A DNA stretch of 61,267 nt, filler included. It is 10 parts of 10 records of this genome, joined end to end, with 100 filler letters (N's around TTAATTAATTAA, not from the genome) between each part and the next. Parts side by side here need not be neighbours in the genome. Positions count along the whole stretch, not along the records: positions 14,263 to 26,510 come from SRR7504441_11058; positions 26,611 to 31,362 come from SRR7504441_11067; positions 31,463 to 35,328 come from SRR7504441_11069; 7 more parts are not named here. One strand, written 5' to 3'. The notes beneath the pieces are model-generated. The model did no database searches. It had not been told where the DNA came from and saw only the letters and a list, made by a program, of their open reading frames with translations. The translations under genes were made by a program, and so were the position numbers. How positions within the stretch are numbered: the stretch's first letter is position 1; each line of letters starts with the position of its first letter. Shown here one piece after another: positions 21,803-31,969 of this stretch.

Positions 21803-24463
21803 CTATAAGCCTAAAAGTCGTTGGCCGATGTTGCCAAAAGCCGACGCGGTCGAAGACGAGACTCGCTTGAAAGCATCGTCCAACGTCTCCGAGCCAGCCC
21901 CATTTTGAAATCGCTTCTGCAACACCTGCGCACAGCCAGTCAGCTGTCTGCTACCCAAGCGCGGCGCCTGGCACGAGTTGCGCGAGTTGAGGAGCAATTC
22001 CTCACATCGCTCGAGCTCCTCGCACAGAACCCCCTCGAACCAAGCCTCAATCGGACGAAAGCATTGCGACACACCTTGTCCTGTTCGAGGGCGCTGATCA
22101 CCATTTCAGGCTGGTACAGCTCTGCGGCGGTCAGGTTTGCCTCTGCGAGCTGGACCCCCAAGTCTCGCACCTGTGGCTCAGTCAGGGTAGGGCAGCACAC
22201 AGCCGCACCATCCTCATCAGCATCGCCTTATCGTGCAGGAGTCGCTCGCTGCTGTACTGGGCGCTTTTGGAAGCATCCCTGCAGCCAGGATCAGCTCTAG
22301 CCAGGCCGAGCCGGCGGGCCTCAATTCGGCCGTGATGCTGCTGCTGACCAGGCCTTTCCACCAAGAGAAAAAGCTGAGCGCCCTCCGCCTCTGAAAGAAC
22401 ACAATCAGCCCAGCCAGACCACACGAGCACCTGCGTTAATCGGGATACAGCCATGGCCATCATCAAGCCGCGCTGCTCGTACGCCCTGGCCACCGGGTTG
22501 TCCGTTTGTTGAAGCTTGGCCTGTTGTAACTCGCTCAGCAGTTTATGGCAGGCGTAAGACCTTGTGAGTGACGGTCTGCCATACCCCCAGCGCCTCCTTG
22601 TATACCAGCTGGGTCAGCTGTTCGCCAAACCGCAGCATCAGCCGGACAGCGTACGCCTGGTTGCTCGCTCTGACCCCTGCACGATCCGCATATTCAGCCC
22701 GAACCAGGATGGCGCCCGACCTCTGTGCAGCTCGCGCCACTTGTCAGAGTCGGCTTCCAGCTCGGACACTTGCTGCAGCGCGTCTAGCTTGGCTTCGCTG
22801 TGCCGCGTCTGCACAGAGGCCTCTCACCCGGCCGCAGCGGCTCGTCAGAGCACCTTGAGAGCATTCGCTGTCCAGCGGGTGACGAGCGATCGCGCTGTGC
22901 CGCACAGCCACGCGCTCAAAATCTCGCCGAGCCGCTTCAGCGCAAAGTTCTTGACATCGGCCACATGCCTCCTGACACAGCGGTCAGCGCTCCTACGGTC
23001 AACCCCGAGAAGACCGTTGATGTTCTTCCGAGATCCGGCTCTGGTTCAACAGCTCGCTCAGACGTTGGTCGTAGTCACTAGCAATCGCAGCGGAGGCCTC
23101 TCGCTCGGCCTCGAGTGCGGCTGTGGCGGCCTGATGTACCTCCTGGTCCTGTTTATCCATCAGCGCCTGGTACTTTGCTGCAGTCGAGGCAGCGTGCTCG
23201 TCCGAGATTGTGCCCAGCACCTTTTGATGCCAGCGTTTGACACTCGACAGCACCTGGACGGCCTGACCGGCCACCGGCAGCTGCAGGGAACCTCCAGCTG
23301 TCGCCAGCTTCTGAACAGGCCCCGGAGCACCTGCAAGCCGCCTCGGTTGCCCACATCTTTCATCTCGGCCTGCATCTCACGGATAGCTGCATTGCACTCC
23401 CTGTTCAGGCTGAGCGCCGCCCGCGCCTGCCCTCGACTGAGCAGTGTCATTGCCCCGCCTACCTCGCCATCCGCGCCGGCTCTGAAGCATCTCTCACGCC
23501 AGTTGTGCACGCTGTTCAGCGCGTGCTTGTCGGGACTCACCACCACTTGCCTAAGCCTATGAGCCACCATCCTGCAACAGCCCAGCTTGCTTCATTCGAA
23601 CGATCAAGCAAGATGTGGCTGCAGTGCAGGAGAGGTGGCATCTAGGCCGCTGGTCACCCGCGCCTGTGCTCCTGCCCGAGCTCTGCTGCCTGGTCTATCG
23701 AAGCGCCTTCCATACTCATTGCGCTCCACCACAGCCGGACCGCCCGGCTCTGCTCCAGTCGCAGGCTGTGCCGGATCGTGTTGCTCACCAGCCTGGTGAA
23801 CGCCACTCCGAGTCGCCGTTGGAGCAGCTCGCTCGGCTCGGCCTGTCCCACTCTCACCCGCCTGCCTCTCTCAGCCCACCTGCGACTGGCTCCGGACATC
23901 CAGCGTCCACGCCAGCGACCGCTCCTTCTCGGCCTGGCCCCCGCTCGCCGCCCGGCCGGCTCGGCCGCCACCTGCAGCACAAGCGCCTCCATCCGGAACG
24001 CGCGCAACTCCGAGGTGAACACGAACCGGTCGGCCATAGCCGCCGCCAGCGTGTCCTGACGGCCAGCGTAGTGGCTCACCTGCCGGCCCGGTGAGACGAT
24101 CCGGCCGCCAGCTCGCCTGGGCCTCGAGCTGGGCCACCCGCTCCCGAAGCGCCTTGGCCTCCAGCCGCAGCCGCTGCTCCTCAGCGACCGGCGGCCTGTT
24201 GGCCTCGCCGAGCGGCCTCGGGGGCAGCTTGGGCGGCGGGGTCTCTCGAACGCGCGGCCGCGATTCACTCGGGGCCGGGCTCCGACTCTCGCGCGGGGTG
24301 CTGGACCGGGAGCCGGCGCGCTCGCGAGGTGTGGACCGGCTGCGGTGCGAATGCGCGGCCTGGTCGAGCCGGTCCTGCCGGCAGCCTGAGGGCTGGGCCG
24401 GGGGGGCGCTACCTGCAGGCTGCCAAGCTTCTGCAGGATGAGCTGGCGCTTCTTCGAGTCCAT
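21803..24463 (-). CDS. Multi-exon coiled-coil protein
   Basis: Successive helical exons joined by 37-42 nt introns, including GC-AG 24080-24116. Internal exon structure only partly resolved. Confidence 0.6.
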
Positions 24464-24585
24464 CGGCGCTCCCTTTCGCTGTCGACACCCAGTGTCCTCT
24501 CACCACTGCGTTTGCATGGCCAAAATTTGGCAGCCGTTGTCCCGAGGTGTCCACCCCGAGCTGCAGCGTCTGTTCCCTGCGGAAG

Positions 24586-25537
24586 ATGCCCAAAAAGCCC
24601 CCCCCAGACGAGAAGCTGGACGTTTCGCTCGCCCGGTTCGAGCACATGTTCGAGCAAGTCCGCGGATTCCGGGCCAAGGTCGGCCTGCTTCCGCCCAGCG
24701 CTGACCGGTTCCGCCAGATCCTCCAGACCTGCGCCCTGCTCAAGGACCTGGTCAAATCCTTCTGCGCGCTGAGCGCCGACACCGCCAGGTGCCGCGCCCC
24801 AGCCATTGCCGGCCAGCCCCGGGGCAGCTTCTACGACGGCTGGCGGTACGCGCCGGCCAGCTGCATCGAGCTGTTCTCGCTCACCCAACACAATCTGTCG
24901 GTGGACGTGCCCGCGCGCACAATGAAGATCGTGGAGCAAGACGCGGTGCGGGGGCTGCCGGTGCGGTCGCCGACGGGGCGGGGCAGGTGAAGGCCTGCGA
25001 CAGCTGGTTGCACCGGCTGCAGGAGTCCAAGGAGCGGCTGCAAGGACTGCCCGAGATGGCAATCAAGTACGACCACTACAAGATCAAGGCCCGGGCCAGA
25101 CGCTGGCCGGGCGAGCTCGGGGGCAGGTAGCCAAGCTGCAGGCGGACAAGGCGGAGGCGTACAAGGAGGGCAAGATCAAGGACGGCGGGATTTGGAAGAA
25201 CGAGGAGCAGCTAGTCCGGAACATCGGGAAGCTGTCCGACGCCAAGACTGAGTACGAGTTCGCGCGGGACGTGGTGGTGGACGAGTTCGATAAGGCGGCC
25301 GGACCGGGCCCGCGGGGCTCACTGGCGGTGCAGGAGGTGAGGCTGGGCAAGACGGATTTCTCCAAAATTGTAGGGATGCTCGCGTTCTTCCAGAGGCAAT
25401 GGGCTGTTGAGGTGCGGCCGGCAGAGCGGGGGGCTTGAGGCTGGTGGGGGCAGGTTGCCAGGGGGACGCAGCCGAACGATGAAGTGATCAGCGGATTGAA
25501 AGAACTGCTCACCTCACCCAACTTGCAGAAAGATTGA
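24586..25537 (+). CDS. BAR-domain-like helical protein; several introns including two GC-AG
   Basis: KYDHYKIK|VAKLQ...EEQLVRNIGKLSDAKTEYE pattern typical of BAR helix 2-3. Confidence 0.6.
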
Positions 25538-25921
25538 CCGAGCCGGGACCCTAATCGATATAGAGATACCATCAGATGTCCCAGCGGACAGAGCGATCGA
25601 TCGGGCCAATCGACGAAACAGGATTGGCCCACGATGTATATACGAGTAGTGAATAATTATGGTCATTGGACCTGAAGCTTTCACGAAAAGCCGGAAATCG
25701 GAAAACAACAGTGATTGGTTGCCGAAAAAGTGTTAGTAGTAGAGCATATAAACGAAGTGATACGCACGCATAGCGCGAACTCGTCACATTACGGGGTATA
25801 TGGGGATTTATCCTAGCGAGCCTCCATTGATAATTGCCCAAGTAGGATCGTCGGGTTGGCAGGGGGGGGAAGACTAGAATGGCATCTCGAGGAGCACCAC
25901 CAGTGCCCCGGGCGGCGATCA

Positions 25922-26331
25922 TCATAGCAATTTGAGTTCGTTGGCCGTCTTAATGTCGGTCCTGTTGGTCAGTTTGAGCAGCCGCTGGATCTCGGCGTCT
26001 GACATGTTCTCCACCCCTGAGCTCTGCAGCTTCTTAAGCTCCTGCGCCGGGTCGCCACGCCCCCAACCCGGCCGTCACCTCCAGGGTAAGCTTTTCGGCC
26101 TCCGCCTTGGCCGCGAGCCAGTCGGGCAGCTGGTCCTCTGCCAGCACTTGTACGTCCTGCCCCGCCGCTCCCGCCCGCCCTCCGGATCGCTCACCCCGCT
26201 CCCGTCCTTGTACACGTTAGTGCTGGTCGCCGCTGCCCGGGTGTCACCAGCCCCGCCGCCCGGGCGCACTCACCACTGAACCATCGCCGCCCCGTGGTCA
26301 CCGAGCGCAGGCCTGCACGCAGGCCGAGCAT
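25922..26331 (-). CDS. MRPL54: Mitochondrial ribosomal protein mL54 (L37 family); 3 introns
   Basis: Presequence MLGLRAGLRSVTTGRRWFS; NVYKDGSG|DVQVLAEDQLPDWL; RLLKLTNRTDIKTAN. Confidence 0.7.
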
Positions 26332-26397
26332 CGCTAAAGCAGCAACGGACTCACTTTGGTTCGAGCGCCGCCCGCCACACTCGAAACAGCGAGGACC

Positions 26398-26510
26398 ATG
26401 GGGCGTAAAGCACGCCGTAAGGGCGACGATTCTGACGAGGAGGAGGCGCAGCAGCCAGCCGAGGCCAGCGAGAGCAGTACCAGCCACAAGGAGAACAGGA
26501 AGAAGAAGAA
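26398..26510 (+). CDS. 5' fragment of a charged protein (truncated by contig end)
   Basis: MGRKARRKGDDSDEEEAQQP... runs into the spacer. Confidence 0.55.
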
Positions 26511-26610
26511 NNNNNNNNNNNNNNNNNNNNNNNNNNNNNNNNNNNNNNNNNNNNTTAATTAATTAANNNNNNNNNNNNNNNNNNNNNNNNNNNNNNNNNN
26601 NNNNNNNNNN

Positions 26611-26801
26611 AAAAATCGAAACGGTACAGGACCTTGCTGTGAGATGAGCGTCCGGTCCCGCGGAGGCAGCTCGCCAGACCGTAGAATTCGTTTAGGCAAT
26701 GGCATTTGCCGGAGCGCTTGGCAGAGCTTGACACAATCGTCCAGACCGCGATGATAATACTTGAAGAGCTCATCTGTGGCATCCCTGAGATTCGCCTGCA
26801 T
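26611..26801 (-). CDS. 5' fragment of a hypothetical protein (truncated)
   Basis: MQANLRDATDELFKYYHRGLDDC... open to the contig end. Confidence 0.4.
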
Positions 26802-27164
26802 CGATCAGTGCCGACTGATCACTGTCAGACGCCGTGTCACGAAGGCCCCTAGATTATGATCTATGACTCGAAGTACGGTCTTATGAAAGAATGTTGGTTA
26901 ACTAATTTAATTGAAAAATGATCATGAAAGCCGCATCAAGATTGTACTAGTAATTAAGTGCACTCTTGTGCCAGTATGCGAGTATACAGTAATCATGCGT
27001 TCATGATAGATCCGTCAGGTCTGAAGCGTCTAAGTCACTCCCATCGTGAACACAGGCCACGACTGAATTATTCATCCCATGCACAGTTAACGTGCACTGT
27101 CAAAGTTCTGATTTGCTTACACTATTGCTACTCCACGGCCCCACTGGCTTTGCTCCAGTCCCTG

Positions 27165-28803
27165 CTACTTGGCTGGCAAGGCTGGCTCGGACAGCGAGCC
27201 TGGCTTGAACGGCTCGACATCTGCATTGAGAGACTTGCTGGCAGTGAGAGTTGGCGATGCGCTTGGGGAGAACTCCGCTGCATTAATAGACGCGTTGAGT
27301 GGACTGGAGGACACAGGGACAGCCTCAGCCGGTGCATCGAACGAGCTGGGGGTGAACTCCACAGAGTGAGCACTGAGCGAGCTGCCGGTGGGGTGATCTG
27401 CCGCCTGGCTCAGTCGCGTTTCAGGCTAACGGCGCACCGTCAACGCCAATCGGTCCGGATGCTATTGGTATTGAGTTGGCTGGGGCCTCCATCACAGGCT
27501 GGTCAAACACAAGCGTCTGGAGCTCGGCCGGCGCGGCGTCCCTGAACAGCTGCACCAGGCTGTGAGACACACTGCTAGCAGAGTTTGTTGCCTTGAAGAA
27601 GACACCGCCTGCTGTTCTGCGACGGTCGCCTTTGACGGTCTTCATGCCACCGTTCTTCTCGACCTCCAGGGTGTCTTTGAGAATCTGAGGCCCGGTACAG
27701 CCAGGCCCGGCCAGCCGCGGCACCTGGCTGCAAAACCTTTGGCCAGCGTAGCACACGCACCGCTGGAGCAGCGCCGTGTTTTCCTCCTTCAGCTCCTCAG
27801 CGAGCTGCCCGCCGGTCACCAGCTGGCCCAGGCCGCCCAGCAGCACCTCCTTTGAGGCGATCTCCACGAACTTAGCGCTGGCTTCGGCGGCCCTCATCTG
27901 CTGCGCCTGATCGGGAGTGAACGCGATCGATCCATCTCCAGGGTTTTGGCGCGGATGCAGGTCGTAGCCCATGTTGTACAAGCTCTGCAGGTCGAGCAGG
28001 TTGCCCAGCGCATCGTCCACGTTCACGTGCACCCCGTCTTCATGGAACATCCTGACTCTGTATCTGCAGCCCTAACTCAGCTGAGCACCATGGCCGACCA
28101 CACCCGTAGGGCATGCCCTTGTTCCGCCTGATCTCAACGGCGCGGACGCCCTCGACGGTGACCAGGTTGGACACAGCGCTGGCGTCGCAGAAGGCCGGGA
28201 AGGCGATGAAGCACATGGACTGTGTTCGGTGCAGTTAGTCCCGGATCGATCGGCGGGGCTGGCACCGTGAAGGGCTCCTCATCCATCTCTGGCTGCTCGC
28301 CGTGGGCCGTCATGTAGTAGAACGGCCGCTGCATCGCTTTCTTGCTTCCTGCACACCGCCACGGCGCTCACAGCTCGATTGACTCTTACGATGCTGAGCG
28401 GGTGGCCAGATGAAAGCAAGCAGGCGCTCAGCCAAGCCGGTGCTGGCGGGTGGCCGTCGGCATGCAAGTAGCGTCAACGGCCGACAGGTCGGGCAATCCT
28501 GGGTTGGGTGTGGGTCGGGCACCTTTCCTGCCGGAGGGGGTGGCGGCTTCGTGGGCGGCCTCATGACTTGCGATCGCGTCTTCGATGGCAGCGCGGCACT
28601 CTGCCGCAACGCTCAGCCGCAGCTAGCCGGCCGGCAAGGCCTTCGACGCTGCCGCTGGTGATCTCTTCCATGACCCATTCCTTCACGTTGATCACATTCC
28701 AGGCCTTGGGCCCGCCGGCCGGCTCCGCTTGGGGTTGGCTCGACGGCTCGGACGCCGGGGCGGGCGCCTCGCCGTCGTCCATGACGAAGAGGTCATCATC
28801 CAT
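27165..28803 (-). CDS. PHAX: PHAX RNA-binding-domain protein with C-terminal PAM2-like motifs; about 8 introns
   Basis: LAEELKEEN..LL...ILKDTLEVEKNGGMKTVKGDRRRTAGGVFFK|LF; tail LSAHSVEFTP, INAAEFSP, LNADVEPFKP. Confidence 0.75.
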
Positions 28804-29014
28804 GCTTGTATGCTGCTCTGGGCGTGACCGGGCTGGCGCGGGGTCTGGTGGGTGCTGTGCGGCAAGACTGTGTCGACCGCTTGATGAGCGGCGGAGCGGT
28901 TGGCCGGCAACGGACGAATCCTGCGGTGTCGAAGGGCTCTCCCGGTATCGAGAGAGAGAGAGCGGGACCAGCGGTGGGTTTGGGATCCTGCCCTCGTGTC
29001 GGACCGGCTGGACA

Positions 29015-29845
29015 ATGGCGACCGGATTGGGGCAGATCATGCCACTGGAAGCGCTGATGCAGCAAGTGCTGGCCCAGCTGCCGTCGACTCAGATCTTTAC
29101 GGCGAAGGCCGCCTGCAAGACCTTCTGTGCAGCGCTGGCAGCCGAGAACAACAAACTCTGGCGCACTGTGTTCAACATCAGCTTCGCCGAGCCGATCAGT
29201 GCCGTAGAGAAGCGCGGGTTTTACATGATGAGCTACTGCTACGACGAGGACGAGTTTTGGAGCGACAGGATGATCCCTTGGGTGCTATGCAGCGGCAGGT
29301 TCATACTGGAGGCGGACAGAAAAGCCGCAGCGGAGGTGGACACGAAGGAGAGGGAGACTGACGGCGGAGCAGCTGGCTGGAGCTCCATCACCAAGCTTAC
29401 TGCCATGGGGCGCTTGTGGGCGGACAGGATCGGCGACCTCGAGTTGCCAAACTCCGGATCTTGCAACAACGCGGGCGATGTGATCGTCCGGCCATTCTTT
29501 ATGCAGGCGGCGGGGCCCGGGGACAGCCTGGTCACGAGGCTGAACGAAGCTGGTAACACGGCCAACGAACCGGAAATGAAGGCAACGGTGTTGGAACCGG
29601 ATGAATGGCTAGCACAGCAGGAGGCAGACGCGGCAGGGGACGAAACGGTGCTGGGCCAGGTGCTACAGTGGAAGGAGGTGGCAGCGTGGCTGTGGCAAGA
29701 TAAAGCCAAGTGGGGCCTGGACAAGTTTGAGGTCTACTTGTATGGACCGCGGGCATACAGGACCGTGTTCATTTGTGGTTCCCATTGCTCTGCTAATGGA
29801 AACACAAATCTGGTGGGGCTAGTTGGCGACATGGATCAATCGTGA
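29015..29845 (+). CDS. F-box protein
   Basis: MPLEALMQQVLAQLP...AACKTF...NKLWR; intronless ORF. Confidence 0.75.
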   Translation: MATGLGQIMPLEALMQQVLAQLPSTQIFTAKAACKTFCAALAAENNKLWRTVFNISFAEPISAVEKRGFYMMSYCYDEDEFWSDRMIPWVLCSGRFILEADRKAAAEVDTKERETDGGAAGWSSITKLTAMGRLWADRIGDLELPNSGSCNNAGDVIVRPFFMQAAGPGDSLVTRLNEAGNTANEPEMKATVLEPDEWLAQQEADAAGDETVLGQVLQWKEVAAWLWQDKAKWGLDKFEVYLYGPRAYRTVFICGSHCSANGNTNLVGLVGDMDQS

Positions 29846-29861
29846 TGTGATGTGATGTGAT
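29842..29861. repeat. (GTGAT)4 microsatellite at the F-box stop codon
   Basis: gtgatgtgatgtgatgtgat. Confidence 0.8.
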
Positions 29862-30003
29862 TCGAATCGAAACCATTCGAATGAGTACGTAAGTATTCTG
29901 TGACTAATGTGTGATGAATTGAAATATATCAATCAATTATGTCTGTGTATAATTAACGCTCGGGCGTCCTTCCAGACCGTCCATGCTGGGCTTGCCGTTA
30001 GCA

Positions 30004-30684
30004 CTAAGACTTGAGCTTGTCCGCCTTGACCCTCTCTAGCGCGAGCTTTGCAGCTGGATCGCCCTGCTTGGCCTCCTCCTCCAGCTGAGCGATCACCTGG
30101 GCCGACCGCCGCTGCATCGGGCCCACTCGCTCCAACGGCACTCTCACTGCCCCGGGCATGGGCACCCTGGAAGCGCTCCCGGGGCGAGGGTCCCCCATTC
30201 TGTACGGCGGAGCCCGCGGGTCTAAACCTCGGCTAGCCAGCAGCGAGGTGTCGGCGTGCCGGGTCTGGATCCGCGAGTCCATCACCCGCTGCTGCCGCTC
30301 GAGCCCGCCCAGCCCCCAGACGGCAATCATCACCTCAGTGGCCAGCTCTCCATCCTGCCCCCCAGCTCACCCCCCCTCAGGTCCAGCCAGCGCCTGGTCG
30401 GCTGCCAGCGCCTCGTCGCGGGCCTTGGCGGCTTGCTTGAGCAGCTGGGCGCACCGGTATCGCTGGCCCACCTTGTTCTGGAGAGTCTTGGCCTGGTCGC
30501 TCATCAGCTGGTACTGCTCCCACAACACCGCCGCCGTGTGCCGCTTGGCCGCCGCCCGGCAGTCCACGTCGGCCATGTGCTGCAGCGACACGTTCGGGCT
30601 GCGCGGGTCGCTGGCCGAGCCGTACGACCAGCCGCTGTACAACCGGCCCATCACCGCCGGATCCGGAACGCGCGCCGCTGACAT
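30004..30684 (-). CDS. Hypothetical helical protein (one intron)
   Basis: ORFs 30367..30966 and 30004..30333 join across an intron near 30345-30380. Confidence 0.55.
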
Positions 30685-30763
30685 TGCGTAACGGAACGGC
30701 AGGGCGCCTCTCCTGTCACTGTGCGCCGAGCTCGCGGCGGCAGGGGACGTGTTGCTGGGCCCG

Positions 30764-31087
30764 ATGTCTGCCATTGCTCGCTTTCTGTGGCACCTGGTGG
30801 TCGGAGACCCCGTGGCTGACGCGGAGGGTGCCCCGCTCCCTCCCCCGCGGACGACAAGCCTGCTGGCGGTGCTCTTCTTTGGCGGCTTGCCTGTGCTCGG
30901 GTACTGGGCGGCGTTTGGCATCTGCGTGGGCATCCACGTGCTGGAAGCGGCTTTGGCGTGGACCATGTGCGCGTCGGTGGAGAAACTCCAGCCTCACCGA
31001 GGGGCGTGGTGCCGCAGCGTGTTCGTCTACGGCGTGGTGCGGTCGCTGCCGCTGTGGAGGCTGCGCTGCGAGTACATCGCCCGGTGA
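30764..31087 (+). CDS. Small membrane protein, TMEM254/DUF4499-like
   Basis: Hydrophobic helices with IHVLEA...W..SVFVYG motif. Confidence 0.65.
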   Translation: MSAIARFLWHLVVGDPVADAEGAPLPPPRTTSLLAVLFFGGLPVLGYWAAFGICVGIHVLEAALAWTMCASVEKLQPHRGAWCRSVFVYGVVRSLPLWRLRCEYIAR

Positions 31088-31969
31088 CCCCGACTCGTTC
31101 CTCTCCTTCCGCTGTACGCGTCCCTTCTGGCGACCAGTGTACACGCCGGCCGCGGCATCGCCACGACCGCCAGGGCAATCAAGCCGGGCAAAAGGTGGGG
31201 TCGTCGCATGCTGTCTGCCTCAGGGAGCGCGCCCCAGATCTCAGCGTCCCCCATCTCGCCGCCTGCAAGCTCGTACACGCTGATCGAAGGCGCATGACGC
31301 TGGCACAAGGAGCGAACAGAAGGGCGGTGGGGTCCTGGCATATGGAGCCAGATCGACGCGTCNNNNNNNNNNNNNNNNNNNNNNNNNNNNNNNNNNNNNN
31401 NNNNNNTTAATTAATTAANNNNNNNNNNNNNNNNNNNNNNNNNNNNNNNNNNNNNNNNNNNNGCACCGATAGCGCTCCCGGCCGTGGGGACAAGGCATTG
31501 CTCTGTCAGCCGGGCTGATGGACGTGCGAATCCCAAACTGCTTTGTAACGGACTCAGACTTATGGCGGTGCACCACGCTCGCGGCCTGAGGGGGCTGAGG
31601 TCCGCACCGAGTCCGGTGACGGATGGGTAGAAATGCTCTATAATGGACTCAGCCGTAACGTATTAGGGCTCGCACCTTTGCCCCTCACCCCGCTATAGGT
31701 ACAGTTACGGATATTTATGGCTAACCTCATTGTAACAGTAATAATTATTGTTGTTCATGTTGCCACAGACTTTAGATCAAATAATTTAATTGTGCGGTCA
31801 TAGTGCGATCATGCATGTTTTTGCTACTCGAAATTGCCCGTATACATGTATGGTAGGAATGGATGTATGATTGATCGTCGGCGTCGGCTATGTAATTGTT
31901 AGGGCTGTGTCTAGGTTATGCCATGGACAAACTGATTCTTGTGTATTGTACCAACATCGATTGTCTGAG

